NCBI GenBank assembly: GCA_002269645.1
Contig: NIVC01002235.1
Location: forward strand, 1-64,000
From: Macrostomum lignano
Lineage: Eukaryota
Length of the DNA stretch: 64,000 bases
Direction: 5' to 3'
Shown here in pieces: positions 32,258 through 64,000 of the stretch (position 1 is the first letter of the stretch; each line of letters starts with the position of its first letter). The translations under genes and the position numbers were made by a program. The notes under the pieces were generated by a model. That model saw only the letters and a list, made by a program, of their open reading frames with translations, did not search any database and was not told the DNA's origin.

Positions 32258-33349
32258 GTCACAATCGATTCAGAATTCGATACAAAATTAAAGACAAGAT
32301 TCGTCTATAATTAGTGGGCCTAGTTACTAGTATGGTACCTTGTTTATAGGATAGAAAATAAAAATATGTATAAATTTTCTTGTAATAATTGGTTAGGTAT
32401 TTGAAAAGATGTTATTTGTATCATAACTAGTTTACTTATTAGTTAATTTTAATTTTTATGGTTTTTGCCTATGTCACTAAAGTCTAAGGACTTCACTAAG
32501 CTGAGCTGCTGAAGAACTATAGGCTATAGCCATAGGCATAGGCATTGCCATCATTGGCACCATGGCATTGGGCATATAATATATTGTATTTATACTTTAC
32601 ACAAATTTTTTATTATAGTCATCATTGTAGCCAAAAAAGTCCATATATATAGGCCTTTTTTTATCAAAACTGGTTTGTTGACCAAATGGTCTGCCATTGT
32701 CCAGATCATGTTGAGTGCATACAGTGCATAGGGCCTACCCAAATAAAAATTAAATAATTGCAAATGCATGACAAAAAATTGCAAGGACACCCATTCCCAA
32801 AGCTATGCTAGTATGGCAGTATTGCAGCAATAAATGAAGTTTTTTGAATTGTGTAAGAGAACCTTTTTGGCAGATAATTTGGTAGATTTTTAAGCCTATT
32901 CTTTAGCAATATTATTTATAGCAAAAAATGATACATGCAAAGAATTGTTTAAATGCCTTAAATTATGAGCTTATAAAACCTAGAAAGCTTGAAATTTACA
33001 TTAAAAAATAAACTTTTTTTTATATTTTTCTGCTTTAATACTAGGCCTAACTTTTAGTCTTCTGCATGATTCTATAAAATGCATGCTAGGTATATATGCA
33101 TACTATTTTCTTAAGATTGATTTGCACTAACTGTGGTGTGCAATGCCCGCATGCCCAAATTTTTGGATATATATTACATAATGTCATGATGAATATAATG
33201 TCATAGTGTAGCTTGTAGGCAGATATGCCACAATTGCTATCCTTGATACTTCTGCTACCACTGCTATAGCACCTATGGCAGGCAGATGATGTACCATTGT
33301 GCCATAACTGTCTGTTGACCTTTAGCGTCATTGGCAACTGGCAATATAG

Positions 33350-33995
33350 CCAGTTATTGAGAAAAAAAAGTTGCTACTATCTTCTTGCTGATGCTTCACA
33401 ACCTCTGTGACTTCAAAGGTGATGACTTGTTCTCAAACCATCAGATGGCTGACTGGTACTTTGTTTCTGGATCAAACTGATAAATCCTTGTCTTATCATA
33501 TGACAATGTTCAGAATATCACAACTAGTGCCTCCATCAAAGTCAGCAAGCATTTGATAGTTTGCTATTGTATGCAAGCTGCCTTCTATGGCTCCATGAGG
33601 AAATCAGGCACCTATCAAGCACAGAGCATCCAGACATGCAGTTGTTGGTGTAAGATGCTCTGCACCTGGCTAGCCCTAATGCCCAGAGCCTCCTAAAGCT
33701 GTGCCATGGTTATTCAGCAAGCTGCTAGCAGCAGCTACTCTATCTGCTCTATATTCTCTGGCATCATAGCAGTGACAGTTCAGCCACTTTGCTCCTTGTT
33801 GGACAGGCTCATCTCGCCATTGGTAAACTTGCAATACCAGTTCTTGACTATGGCTAAAGATAGAGCCTGATCCCTAAAAGTGGTTATAAGCTGCTCATAG
33901 AATTGTTGCCTCATTTAAGCTATACAAAGTTGTAAAACATCATTGCCTGGAAGTCACCATTTTCATGTTGAATGCTCATTTCAGGTTGTTGCATG
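33350..33995 (-). pseudogene. Degenerate mariner transposase (N-terminal part)
   Basis: DFQAMMFYNF; FRDQALSLAIVKNWYCKFTNGEMSLS; MLADFDGG..ILNIV..YQFDPETKYQS. Many stops. Confidence 0.7.
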
Positions 33996-36520
33996 AAATT
34001 AATTTTTTTGCTGATAAAATTTGCCAACTTGAACATATAAATTATTACTTTGGCTACAGGCATATAAGAGGTTGCGTAAGTCAGGCTTTAGACCTATGCC
34101 TCAAGCAAGAAGGGTATTAGGCTAAAGACTTTCAGAGTAGCCCTCGTATTATATTTATTAATTAAGTAAAATATGCTAAGCTATATTAAAAAAAGAGAGA
34201 TCAAAGTTGATATATTATGCTTACAAAACAAGAAGTTAGATAAGTTGCTTTTAACAAAGATAGTTTCATTGATTTAAGGCTTTAGGATTTCTTATAGGTC
34301 ATATATGAAATAGGCCTTATTTAGCCTTGCTCGTTTTCTTAGAAAGTATTGTATTTGAAAATAGGCTATTTTTGTTTTAATGAGTGTAATATCAGTAATA
34401 TTGTAAATATTATGAATATTATGAAATTTTATTTGTTTAAAACCGAACTGAGAAAGGGGTATAAATGCACAAGCAGAATCAGAAAGAAACCAACTCGTTG
34501 GTCACTTGCTTCAAGCTTGAAATTGTTCTAGTATCTCGAAATTGAAGCCTTTTTCAATATTTACTGACTTAGTTATTTAGGTAGAAGCATTAAAAAGCCC
34601 CGAAATTGGGAGAATTCAAACCATTCTCAAAATGAGAAATTGACTTTAGAAGGCAGGAATCCTACCACAGGGTAGAGAAGTCGAGACTCAGAGTCTGAGA
34701 AATGTGCCTCAGGGCAGAATACCTAGCAAGTAAGCTGTGACCCTCTGATCCCGGGAATGCCCAGGACTGAGAGAATAATACCTTAAGAATGATATAGGAA
34801 TAGGATAGACAGTGCTTAAAGACCGCTCAGGCTATAAGAGTATAGTACATGTATAGATGCTACCAATAAAATCAGATAAGTAGACGCTACCAAAAGAAGT
34901 AGATAAGTAGATGCTACTATTGATAATAATACTTACATGCAAAGGTACATTAAGTAGAGAGACAAAAGTTTAGCCCTGTTACAACTTTGGGAAACGGCAT
35001 TGTAGAATTATTTATAAAGACAGAAGCAAGCCCTATGACATGTATGTGGAATACCTATCTGAGCCAGACAATCTAGCGATCTAGCAAAGCACCTAGCCAA
35101 GGTAATTCACAAAAATAGATACCCAGCAAAATATATATAGATTTAAGTGCAGTCATGGTCTTTTTAGCCTAAGCTACTTATTTATTTATTTAGATCTACT
35201 TTTATAAATGAACTGGTTTGATTTGGTACTTTGCTGCTATTAGATTTCTAAAATTCCTTAATCTTAGCAATAGAGATTAAATAATTAAGATAAATCCAAG
35301 AGATTTGTTTATTCAAAAGATCCAAATGAAATAGAAAACAATGTAAGCATGGAATAGGTTTATAAATATTTAGTACTTTACATGTAAGTGCAAATGTAAT
35401 GAGATATTGACTATCTTTTATGCACTATTGCTGGCAATGAATATTAGTAACAGTTTTAGCCCAACTACTTTTTAGCTCCTATTTGTAGATAGACCCCTAA
35501 ACTCCCATTTTATCCTAGCCACAGAGAGACAGATTACCAAAGTTAGGCAAGTCTATAGGCAATATGCAGCCTATGAAACTTTTCTATTTTGCCTTGGGCT
35601 CTTTTGATCTTTACAAAAAACAACTTGGGATACTCAAGGTTTGCATTGCTACTTAGCTCTTTTCTCTCCTCTCTTTTCCCTTCTCTCTTTTCTCCTCTCT
35701 CTTCTCTTCTCTCTTATTTCATCTCTTTATTCTCTCTACTTTATTCCCTCTCCTTTTCTCTTATCTGACCCACAGCCATGAGCTAGATTCTTTATCTGGC
35801 CCATAAGGCAAAAACACTGTTAACCCCTGGCTGAAGAAGAAATTCTGACATATACTATCAAGCCAATGCCTATCAGTGACTCATCTATACCTGTATATTT
35901 ATTGCACTTTAGTTGCTAAAACCTATAGTTGTTCTAATACTTATAAAATTCTATTCATTTGATTGTGGTAATAAAAAATCGAAAAACATTGCAGGGGAAA
36001 TCCCAATGCTAAAAATAGCTCTACTTTGGTAAGAAAGGGAGAATCCCTGTTTGATTGACTTTACGAACCCTCTTTACCCCACCCCATAACATTTAACTTC
36101 AACGCAATATGCGATGTGTGCTATGTACATTGCTGCTTACCTTATCTGCCTAATCAATATGAACTGTGTGGCCTGCGTGATAATTGCAGCATACCACCAA
36201 TTAAAGTAATTATTAAACAGGTAGGCAGACTAGCGATTGGTTTTTTGTTAGATTTCGTGTGTACACCAACCACCCAGCCTTAACTTGCTAAGCCTTTTTT
36301 TCTACCTACCCAATCGCGCGTTCTGAAGCCCCATGTGACCCATTGTTGATAGGCTGATTTTAAGTGCCGATGCCAGTCAAATTGGTTATATAATAAAAGG
36401 TCCAACATACATATTTTACACTTGCACAAGTGATTTGGTCGACTCTTGTGTGTGCGCTAGTGCCTCCATCAACAGCGGCTAGACTTGCAGTGTAGTCAGT
36501 CAGTCAATAAAATTGGAAAA

Positions 36521-37297
36521 ATGGGACTTCGTCGCCGAATTGAACGCTTGCTAAACCGCAGCGACCGACGTAGATCTTCCAGTCAACCGCGTTGCTGTCA
36601 ACTAGAGCGCCAACAGCAGCAGCAACATGATCTTGGAGCAAAGCCACAGTTAGGTAGGCGAGGCCCCTTAGCAACAAGCAATCAGAAATTATGCCATCTA
36701 TCAAAGCGATACGGTTGCGAGATTGATATTGTTTCTACTAGTGGAAATCATTATTCAAGCTTCTCAACCACGTCATCAAAGTCTTCCTCGTCAGCATCCG
36801 AGTCAACAAATTGTCATCGAGACAGCATCGTTGACGCCTGGCGTTCGTCCTCTAATAATCCCAGGCGAATGCACTTTCTACGCCTAGAAACTGGCGCAGA
36901 TACGTCTTGCTGCGTGGCCGAATTATCGACAACTTCCGGTTCGTCGTTGCCTTCAACGACATCGTCTGGCAATGGTGGTAGTGGCGCTGCCGTCTACGAA
37001 GAAATTGTCGAACCGCTGTACGATCGAGTCGATAGCGGCGACACTCGCTTGTCAGTAGACGATGAAGGCGGCTATCGCTACAGCGACGGTTACTGGCGAT
37101 ATGCTTCGCTGCCTCGTCGACAGCATCGAATTCGGCCGACAATTCCGCTTCCTGCACCGCCGCCAACGCTGCAGCCACTGCCGCCGTTGAATGCTCAGCA
37201 GTTGAATCATCAGCATCATCACCAGCTGCAGCAGCGCCTGTTGCCTCTGGGCTGCACCCAAATCGACTGGAGAGGCGTTAAATGCACCAGTTTTTAA
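36521..37297 (+). CDS. Orphan intronless Ser/Gln/Pro-rich protein (258 aa)
   Basis: GC-rich open frame in AT-rich surroundings; contains YEEI, LYDRV and PxxP motifs. No family recognised. Confidence 0.55.
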   Translation: MGLRRRIERLLNRSDRRRSSSQPRCCQLERQQQQQHDLGAKPQLGRRGPLATSNQKLCHLSKRYGCEIDIVSTSGNHYSSFSTTSSKSSSSASESTNCHRDSIVDAWRSSSNNPRRMHFLRLETGADTSCCVAELSTTSGSSLPSTTSSGNGGSGAAVYEEIVEPLYDRVDSGDTRLSVDDEGGYRYSDGYWRYASLPRRQHRIRPTIPLPAPPPTLQPLPPLNAQQLNHQHHHQLQQRLLPLGCTQIDWRGVKCTSF

Positions 37298-38401
37298 AGC
37301 AACTTTTTTAATTTCATTTTTAAACAGAAAAATGCTTTTATTTCTACTGCTTAATCAGTAGCGTGCTGCGACGCATGAATAATTGTAGCACAAAAACGCA
37401 AAACATTTTTTACTGTTTTTATATTTTTACTTGATGAATAGTTTCAATTTTAACATTCGCTTTTTTCTCTTTCAAGGTTCCAAGCCTGCCCTGGATTCTT
37501 TGCATGTACTTTGTTTCTTAATAAAATAATGCCTGTTTTGCCCCAGCGCTTGGTACTTTACTCGCTGCTGCTGACTGCTGTTTTTTTAATTGCTTCATTT
37601 TATAATAGTTTTATTGTAGTCTTCAGCTACTGACAAGCCTATGATATGCTGAACTTACGCTTTTTAAACTCCTATTTGATTTTAATTGCTTACTGTTGTA
37701 TCGTGAGCACGAGTGTTTTACAATAAATTTTTTATCATTCATAATCTGTCGTAAAATTGCTACTCAAACAGCGTGTTATATTTTATCGAATAAAAATATT
37801 AACAGTGCGTGTATGATTTTCGAGACTATTTAGAGACGTGACATTAGATTGCTTGTTTGTTTAAAATTATTTCTCTTAGTAACAAAAAATAACAAACTGT
37901 GAGTCCTAGTGCTAACTGCTAACACCTTAGAGTATAAATTACGAGTTAAATTTATCCACATATTTTATTGTCATCAGAAAGTGCACACACTGCGCAAATG
38001 TATATATGCATTTTTTCATGAGGACTGCGAGTACCCTTTCGCAACGCCTACGGCGATAGCGTCCCAGAGGCAATACTATACACTGGCACACACGCTCACA
38101 CAGGGGTGCACAGCGACCCTGACTTTCTAATCGCTAGGCATGTACACCCTCTGTGCCTTGGTGGTTCACCTTCATGGGTGCGAATCGTACGACAGCCTAC
38201 CCGGCCAATTTCTGTGCACACACAAGCCCCAAATAAACGGTGGCCGCGCACGGGAATCGAACCAGGGGTCGTAGTGGTAGCGCTAGCGAATTTTTTTTCA
38301 CAAATTGGCCCAGAATGTGTAACATACTTCACACACCAGAGAATGAGAAAGTTAGTACTGCTTGTACGAGTACACCTTGTATGAGTGTGTGGGGAGTATA
38401 A

Positions 38402-38710
38402 GGGGCTTGTAGCCTAGTGGTTAGAGCGTTGGACTCGTGACTGAAAGGTCGGAGGTTCGATTCTGGACCATTTGGAACAATTTGTGTCCTTGAGCAAGAC
38501 ACTTAACTCTGCATTTCTTCAATCCACCCAGCTGTAAAATGGGTGCCAGCATTATCTGGGGTAATTGAGGAAGTGTGTACGACCCCCCAGTCCTTGGACT
38601 GAACAGCCGTACGCAGCCTTCAGATGCGCCTCGCAATAGCTGCGGCTGAGCTGTCGGTTGCACATCTGGCCCAATTGGGACAGGTGTAATCAATTATTAT
38701 TATTATTATC
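38402..38710 (+). mobile_element. tRNA-derived CORE-like SINE
   Basis: GGGG..TAGCCTAGTGGTTAGAGCG, GGTTCGATTC, CCTTGAGCAAGACACTTAAC, CTGTAAAATGGG and an (ATT)n tail. Confidence 0.9.
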
Positions 38711-38919
38711 ACTATTTTTATTATTACGAGCGTGTGCTGCGTGTTCAAATATCATTGAAGTCGGGCATGGCTGCTCGCTTCTTTGGTGATTGCGAATTCA
38801 AATTTCAATGGAATCATATCCCAGTAATCGATCTAGGGCATTAATATCAATAAATTTGAAGAATCCTAATATCCCCTATGTGTATGCATTTCAGTTTAAT
38901 ATAATCAGCTAAGAAAGCA

Positions 38920-40774
38920 ATGCAATCAACAGCAAATGAATCTGACAGAAGCAAAGAACAATTAATCAATCGTCGCGAAGATGTCATTGTAAAATTGGCT
39001 CTATTAAACTGTGCCGTTCGAAGCTATCGGTTTGAAACCGCTGCTAAGCCGTTTCCGCCGCAATTCCGGACAGCACAATCGGACGATTCGAAAGATATCG
39101 AAGCGCTTCGACGGTTGCTTAGCAGAATCTGTCGTCAGTTAGTTGACTTTCTCAGCCTTGATGATGGATCAGCTGCTGGAAGCTTGAGAAATTGGTTGTC
39201 AACTGGTTTAACTTACACGTTGGAGCGTAGATTGCCATTGTCGGATGCTTTCTCTGATATTCAATGCCGAGTTTTAAATCTTGATAGTTTAAATCGTCCA
39301 GAGCAACCTCAACAGCACCAGCCCAGTCTGGTGTACAAGGTGTATTATAACGACAAAATTAAACGAAGATTTTCTGAACTAAAATCTGGTAGAAACACTT
39401 TCTTTGGGTGAGAAGTTTGTTTTATTGATTTTAAATTTTCCCTCAGAAACTTCACATAGCAACAAGCCTCAGCTATCCGTAAATTTCCCACAGCAACAAG
39501 GCTTAGCTAGCCATAAATTTCTCATAGCAACTAGCCTCAGTTATCTACAAATTACCATAGCAACAAGCCTTAACTATCGATAAATTTTCCACAGCAACAA
39601 GCCTCAGCTATCCGTAAATTTCCCACTGCAACAAGGCTTAGCTATCCATAAATTTCCCATAGCAACAAGCCTTAGCTGTTCCCAAATCTCCCATGGCAAC
39701 AAGCCTTAGCCATCTATAATTTCCCATAGCAACAAGCCTTAGCTATCCATAGATTTCCCTTAGCAACCAGGAGTATCTATCCATAAATTTCTCATAGCAA
39801 CAAGCCTGTTATCCACAAATCTACCATGGCAACAAGCCTTAACTATCGATAAATTTACCATAGCAACAAACCTTATCTGTCCACAAATCTCTCATAGCAA
39901 CGAGCCTTAGCTATCCATAGATTTCCCTTAGCAACCAAGAGTATCTATTCACAAATCTACCATAGCAACAAGCCTTAGCTGTCCATAGATTTCCCTTAGC
40001 AACCAGGAATTTCCCTTAAATCTACCTATAAATTTCCCATAGCAACAAACTATTATCTATTCCCCCTCTGATTGGCACAATCTCAGCTACCACGGCAGTC
40101 GAGCAGACAATCTGCACTCAATCCTATCCAACGGCCTGTGCGCCCATCTGAGCTACGGCCGCCAGCCCCTATACGGCGAAGGTGTCTACCTATCTACCGA
40201 TGTAGGCGTAGCCCTCGCCTTTGCCTCATCGGGTACTGCTCAACCGCTTAGCGATCGACTCCAATGCGTAGTAGTTGCCGAAGTGATCGATCAACCTGAT
40301 CTAGTGAAACGTCGGCGTCGTCGTTGCCATAGCAACAGAGCCGATGATAGCAACGAAGTTGACGATTTACCAAACGAATACTATGTAGTGAGTAGTAGCG
40401 AACTTGTCATTGTTCGTTACGTTCTATTGTTCTCGTCTATTGAACCTAGTAGACTGCTTACAATTAGTGCCAGCAATAATAGGCATACTACTCGTACTAC
40501 TAGTAGTAGAAGAGGCTATCTCAATCGTCTAATTAATGATAATCGAGCTTGGATTGGCGCCATCGTTTATTTATTGTTGCTGCTAATACTGCCGCGGTTG
40601 CATGCCTGGCTGTCCGCCTGTCTGGCCGGCGGTGTCAGTCAGGATGAAGCTGAGTTGGAAGCTGCACTACAGTCCGCTGCGGAGGCGTCAACGTCTTCTA
40701 CTAGTGGAGACTCAACATCCGCTTCTGGTGGTGATGAAGCATTCGGTTGGGGTGTCACCTGGGGTGCGGACTGA
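38920..40774 (+). CDS. PARP16: Mono-ADP-ribosyltransferase PARP16 ortholog, 2 exons (38920-39407, 40087-40774)
   Basis: AVRSYRFETAAKPFP..KDIEAL; the spliced FFG|YHGSRADNLHSILSNGL; LYGEGVYLSTD; VVAEVIDQPD; EYYVV..VRYVLL. H-Y-Y triad and C-terminal TM helix. Confidence 0.9.
39440..40050. repeat. ~30-bp degenerate intronic minisatellite
   Basis: atagcaacaagccttagctatccataaatttccc. Confidence 0.9.
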
Positions 40775-40952
40775 TGGGTCTTTGTGATTGTAATTATAAT
40801 CACTCTTTCATTGTAAATAAACTCGAAGTAGACGCTAATCTGGGGAGATGTACATGTAGATGGTTTGGTAGCCTGAATCGATTTTGCGAGTGTACACACA
40901 GAGAGAGAGAGAGAGAGTATTTTTTATTGTGTATATACTGTATACAGGGGGG

Positions 40953-41262
40953 GGGGGTTGTACCGTAGCCTGGTGGTTAGAGCGTCGACTCACGACTTGA
41001 AGGTCTGGGGTTCGATTCTCAACCCACTTGGAATTATTTTTGTGCCCTTGAGCAAGACACTTTTAACTCTGCATTGCTTCAGTTTACCCAGCTGTAAAAT
41101 GGGTGCCAGCATTAGCTGGGGTAATTGAGGCTGTGTGTGGCGACCCCCCAGTCCTTGGACTGAACAGCCGTACGCAGCCTTCAGATGCGCCGCGCAATAG
41201 CTGCGGCTGAGCTGTCGGTTGCACATCTGGCCTAATTGGACAGGTGCAATCAATTATTGATA
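40953..41262 (+). mobile_element. tRNA-derived CORE-like SINE
   Basis: Same body and tail as 38402-38710. Confidence 0.9.
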
Positions 41263-41869
41263 ATATATTATTGAGTGTATAAATCGCGCAAAGGCGTTGC
41301 GCGCGAACAGATTACTTATCAGGTGTTTTATTACTGTTAGTCCGGTAGTACCGGTAGTCGATCTCTGTGAAATTGAAGATTTCATGTCTATTTTCTATCT
41401 GGCATTAATGTAAAAAAATTGCTTCATTTTATGTACTCGGTTTTTTGTTTCAAAAAATCACAATATCCTTGCCTATAGTGTTCGTTGTGTTATTTCTATC
41501 AAATGCAAATTTGATGAGTTGTATAAAAATATATTTTATCTATTTTTGTTTATAACAATCTTGTGCAATATGAGCGCGTAGATTTTTATTACGTGTGTAA
41601 AGTTTTCTAAATTAAATTCTACACTATATTTTTTAGTAATGTCTATCGATTGGTGATTGAATAAATTAGTGTTTTATTCAGAAGCAAGACTGTTATTAAT
41701 ATCATTAGTTTGATTGGTTAATTAATTTATTGGCCAACTAAAACCTAGAAGTTTTTCAATGAATTCTATTGTATTTTGTCAAGTATACATGTATACTAAT
41801 GAACATGTGTTTTTGTCTTTGTCTTTTGGCCTTCGATGTTGCATGCGCTATCACTTAATCCTGTGATCT

Positions 41870-42570
41870 TTTTGTCCTGTGATCCTCTAGTCCTGTGGTC
41901 CCTTAGTCTTGTGATCCTTTAGTCCTGTGCTTTAGTCCTGTGATCCTTTAGTCATGTGATCCCATAGTCCTGTGATCCCATAGTCCTGTGATCCTCTAGT
42001 CTTGTGATCCCCTAGTCCTGTGATCCCATAGTCCTGTGATCCTCTAGTCTTGTGATCCCCTAGTCCTGTGATCCTTTTATCCTGTGATCCTTTAATCCTG
42101 TTATCCTTTTGTCCTGTGATCTTCTAGTCCTGTGATCCCCTAGTCCTGTGATCCCCTAGTCCTGTGATCCTTTAGTCCTGTGCTCCTCTAGTCCTGTGAT
42201 CCTCTAGTCCTGTAATCCTCTAGTCTTGTGATCCCCTAGTCCTGTGATCCTTTTATCCTGTGATCCTTTAATCCTGTTATCCTTTTGTCCTGTGATCTTC
42301 TAGTCCTGTGATCCCCTAGTCCTGTGATCCCCTAGTCCTGTGATCCTTTAGTCCTGTGCTCCTCTAGTCCTGTGATCCTCTAGTCCTGTGATCCTTTAGT
42401 CATGTGATTCCTTAGTCCTTTGATCCCTTAATCTTGTGATCCTTTAGCCATGTGATCCCCTAGTCCTGTGATCCTTTAGTCCTGTGATCCTTAAGTCCTG
42501 TGATCCCTAATTATGTGATCCCTTATTCTGTGATCCCTAACTCTGTGATCCTTTAGTCCTGTGATCCTTA
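41870..42570. repeat. 19-20-bp minisatellite
   Basis: tagtcctgtgatcc(c/t)(c/t). Confidence 0.95.
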
Positions 42571-42758
42571 ATCAAGATCAACTTTACTTTTTCTGACATA
42601 CAATGCACTACTATCTATCAATAGTAGTCACAATTGCTTTCGTATGCTTTTTCAAATTTCATGCAAAATTTTTAGCAGCTAAGTCAATTAAAAAATACAA
42701 CAAGTTTCTCGCCCAATCACGGGTCGAAAAAAATATCGACAGACGGACAGTGGCAGTG

Positions 42759-63643
<20,885 letters not shown>

Positions 63644-63749
63644 GTTTGTGGTGTAAACTGAGGGGCAGTACAAAAAAATACTTTGAGTTCCAAGATCGCA
63701 GTTCATATTACAGATCCCAACAATAAATTCTTATTCGGATCCCAGATCC

Positions 63750-64000
63750 CAGCTACCAACCTCATCTTTCATCTCAACCCCATTTTTTATCCCAACCTCA
63801 TTTTAGATCCCCATTCCATCTTACATCCCAACCCCATCTCTGATCCCCATTCCATCCCAGATCCCAATCCCATCCCAGATCCCAACCCCATCCCAGATCC
63901 CAATCCCATCCCAGATCCCAACCCCATCCCAGATCCCAATCCCATCCCAGATCCCAACCCCATCCCAGATCCCAACCCCATCCCAGATCCCAATCCCATC
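63750..64000. repeat. 18-bp minisatellite
   Basis: cccatcccagatcccaa(c/t). Confidence 0.95.

Noticed and set aside
38402-38475. tRNA gene (also at ~23870, ~40955 and ~59150)
   Set aside because: The tRNA-like heads are fused to a shared SINE body and tail and have degenerate stems.

Overview
Eukaryotic (animal) genomic window with spliceosomal introns. GC-rich exons, poly-Q/A/G tracts and minisatellite-filled introns suggest a Macrostomum-like flatworm (inference only). Bases ~300-15696 are the right-hand part of an AT-rich endogenous Polinton/Maverick (adintovirus-like) element. It encodes a protein-primed PolB, double-jelly-roll major capsid, penton, A32-type packaging ATPase, adenain-like protease, a fiber with discoidin and lectin domains, pX/pVI-like core proteins, an HNH nuclease and accessory ORFs, and ends in the canonical ACTACT. 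No integrase or left TIR is visible. Many viral ORFs are split by single-base indels. The most unusual signal is a family of at least 8 tiny CG-clamped tandem double hairpins (AT-hairpin-hairpin-AT, 24-39 nt) in the element. They are conserved in structure but not sequence, lie either near stop codons or in frame inside genes including PolB, and are accompanied by a 265-bp self-complementary terminus and a T(A)4-6TG start motif. The host part holds an intronless peptide-type GPCR, TMEM127 (3 coding exons), an orphan ORF, PARP16 (2 exons), 17 exons of BLTP1/KIAA1109, four copies of a tRNA-derived CORE-like SINE, MULE, mariner and MITE remnants, and many tandem repeats.
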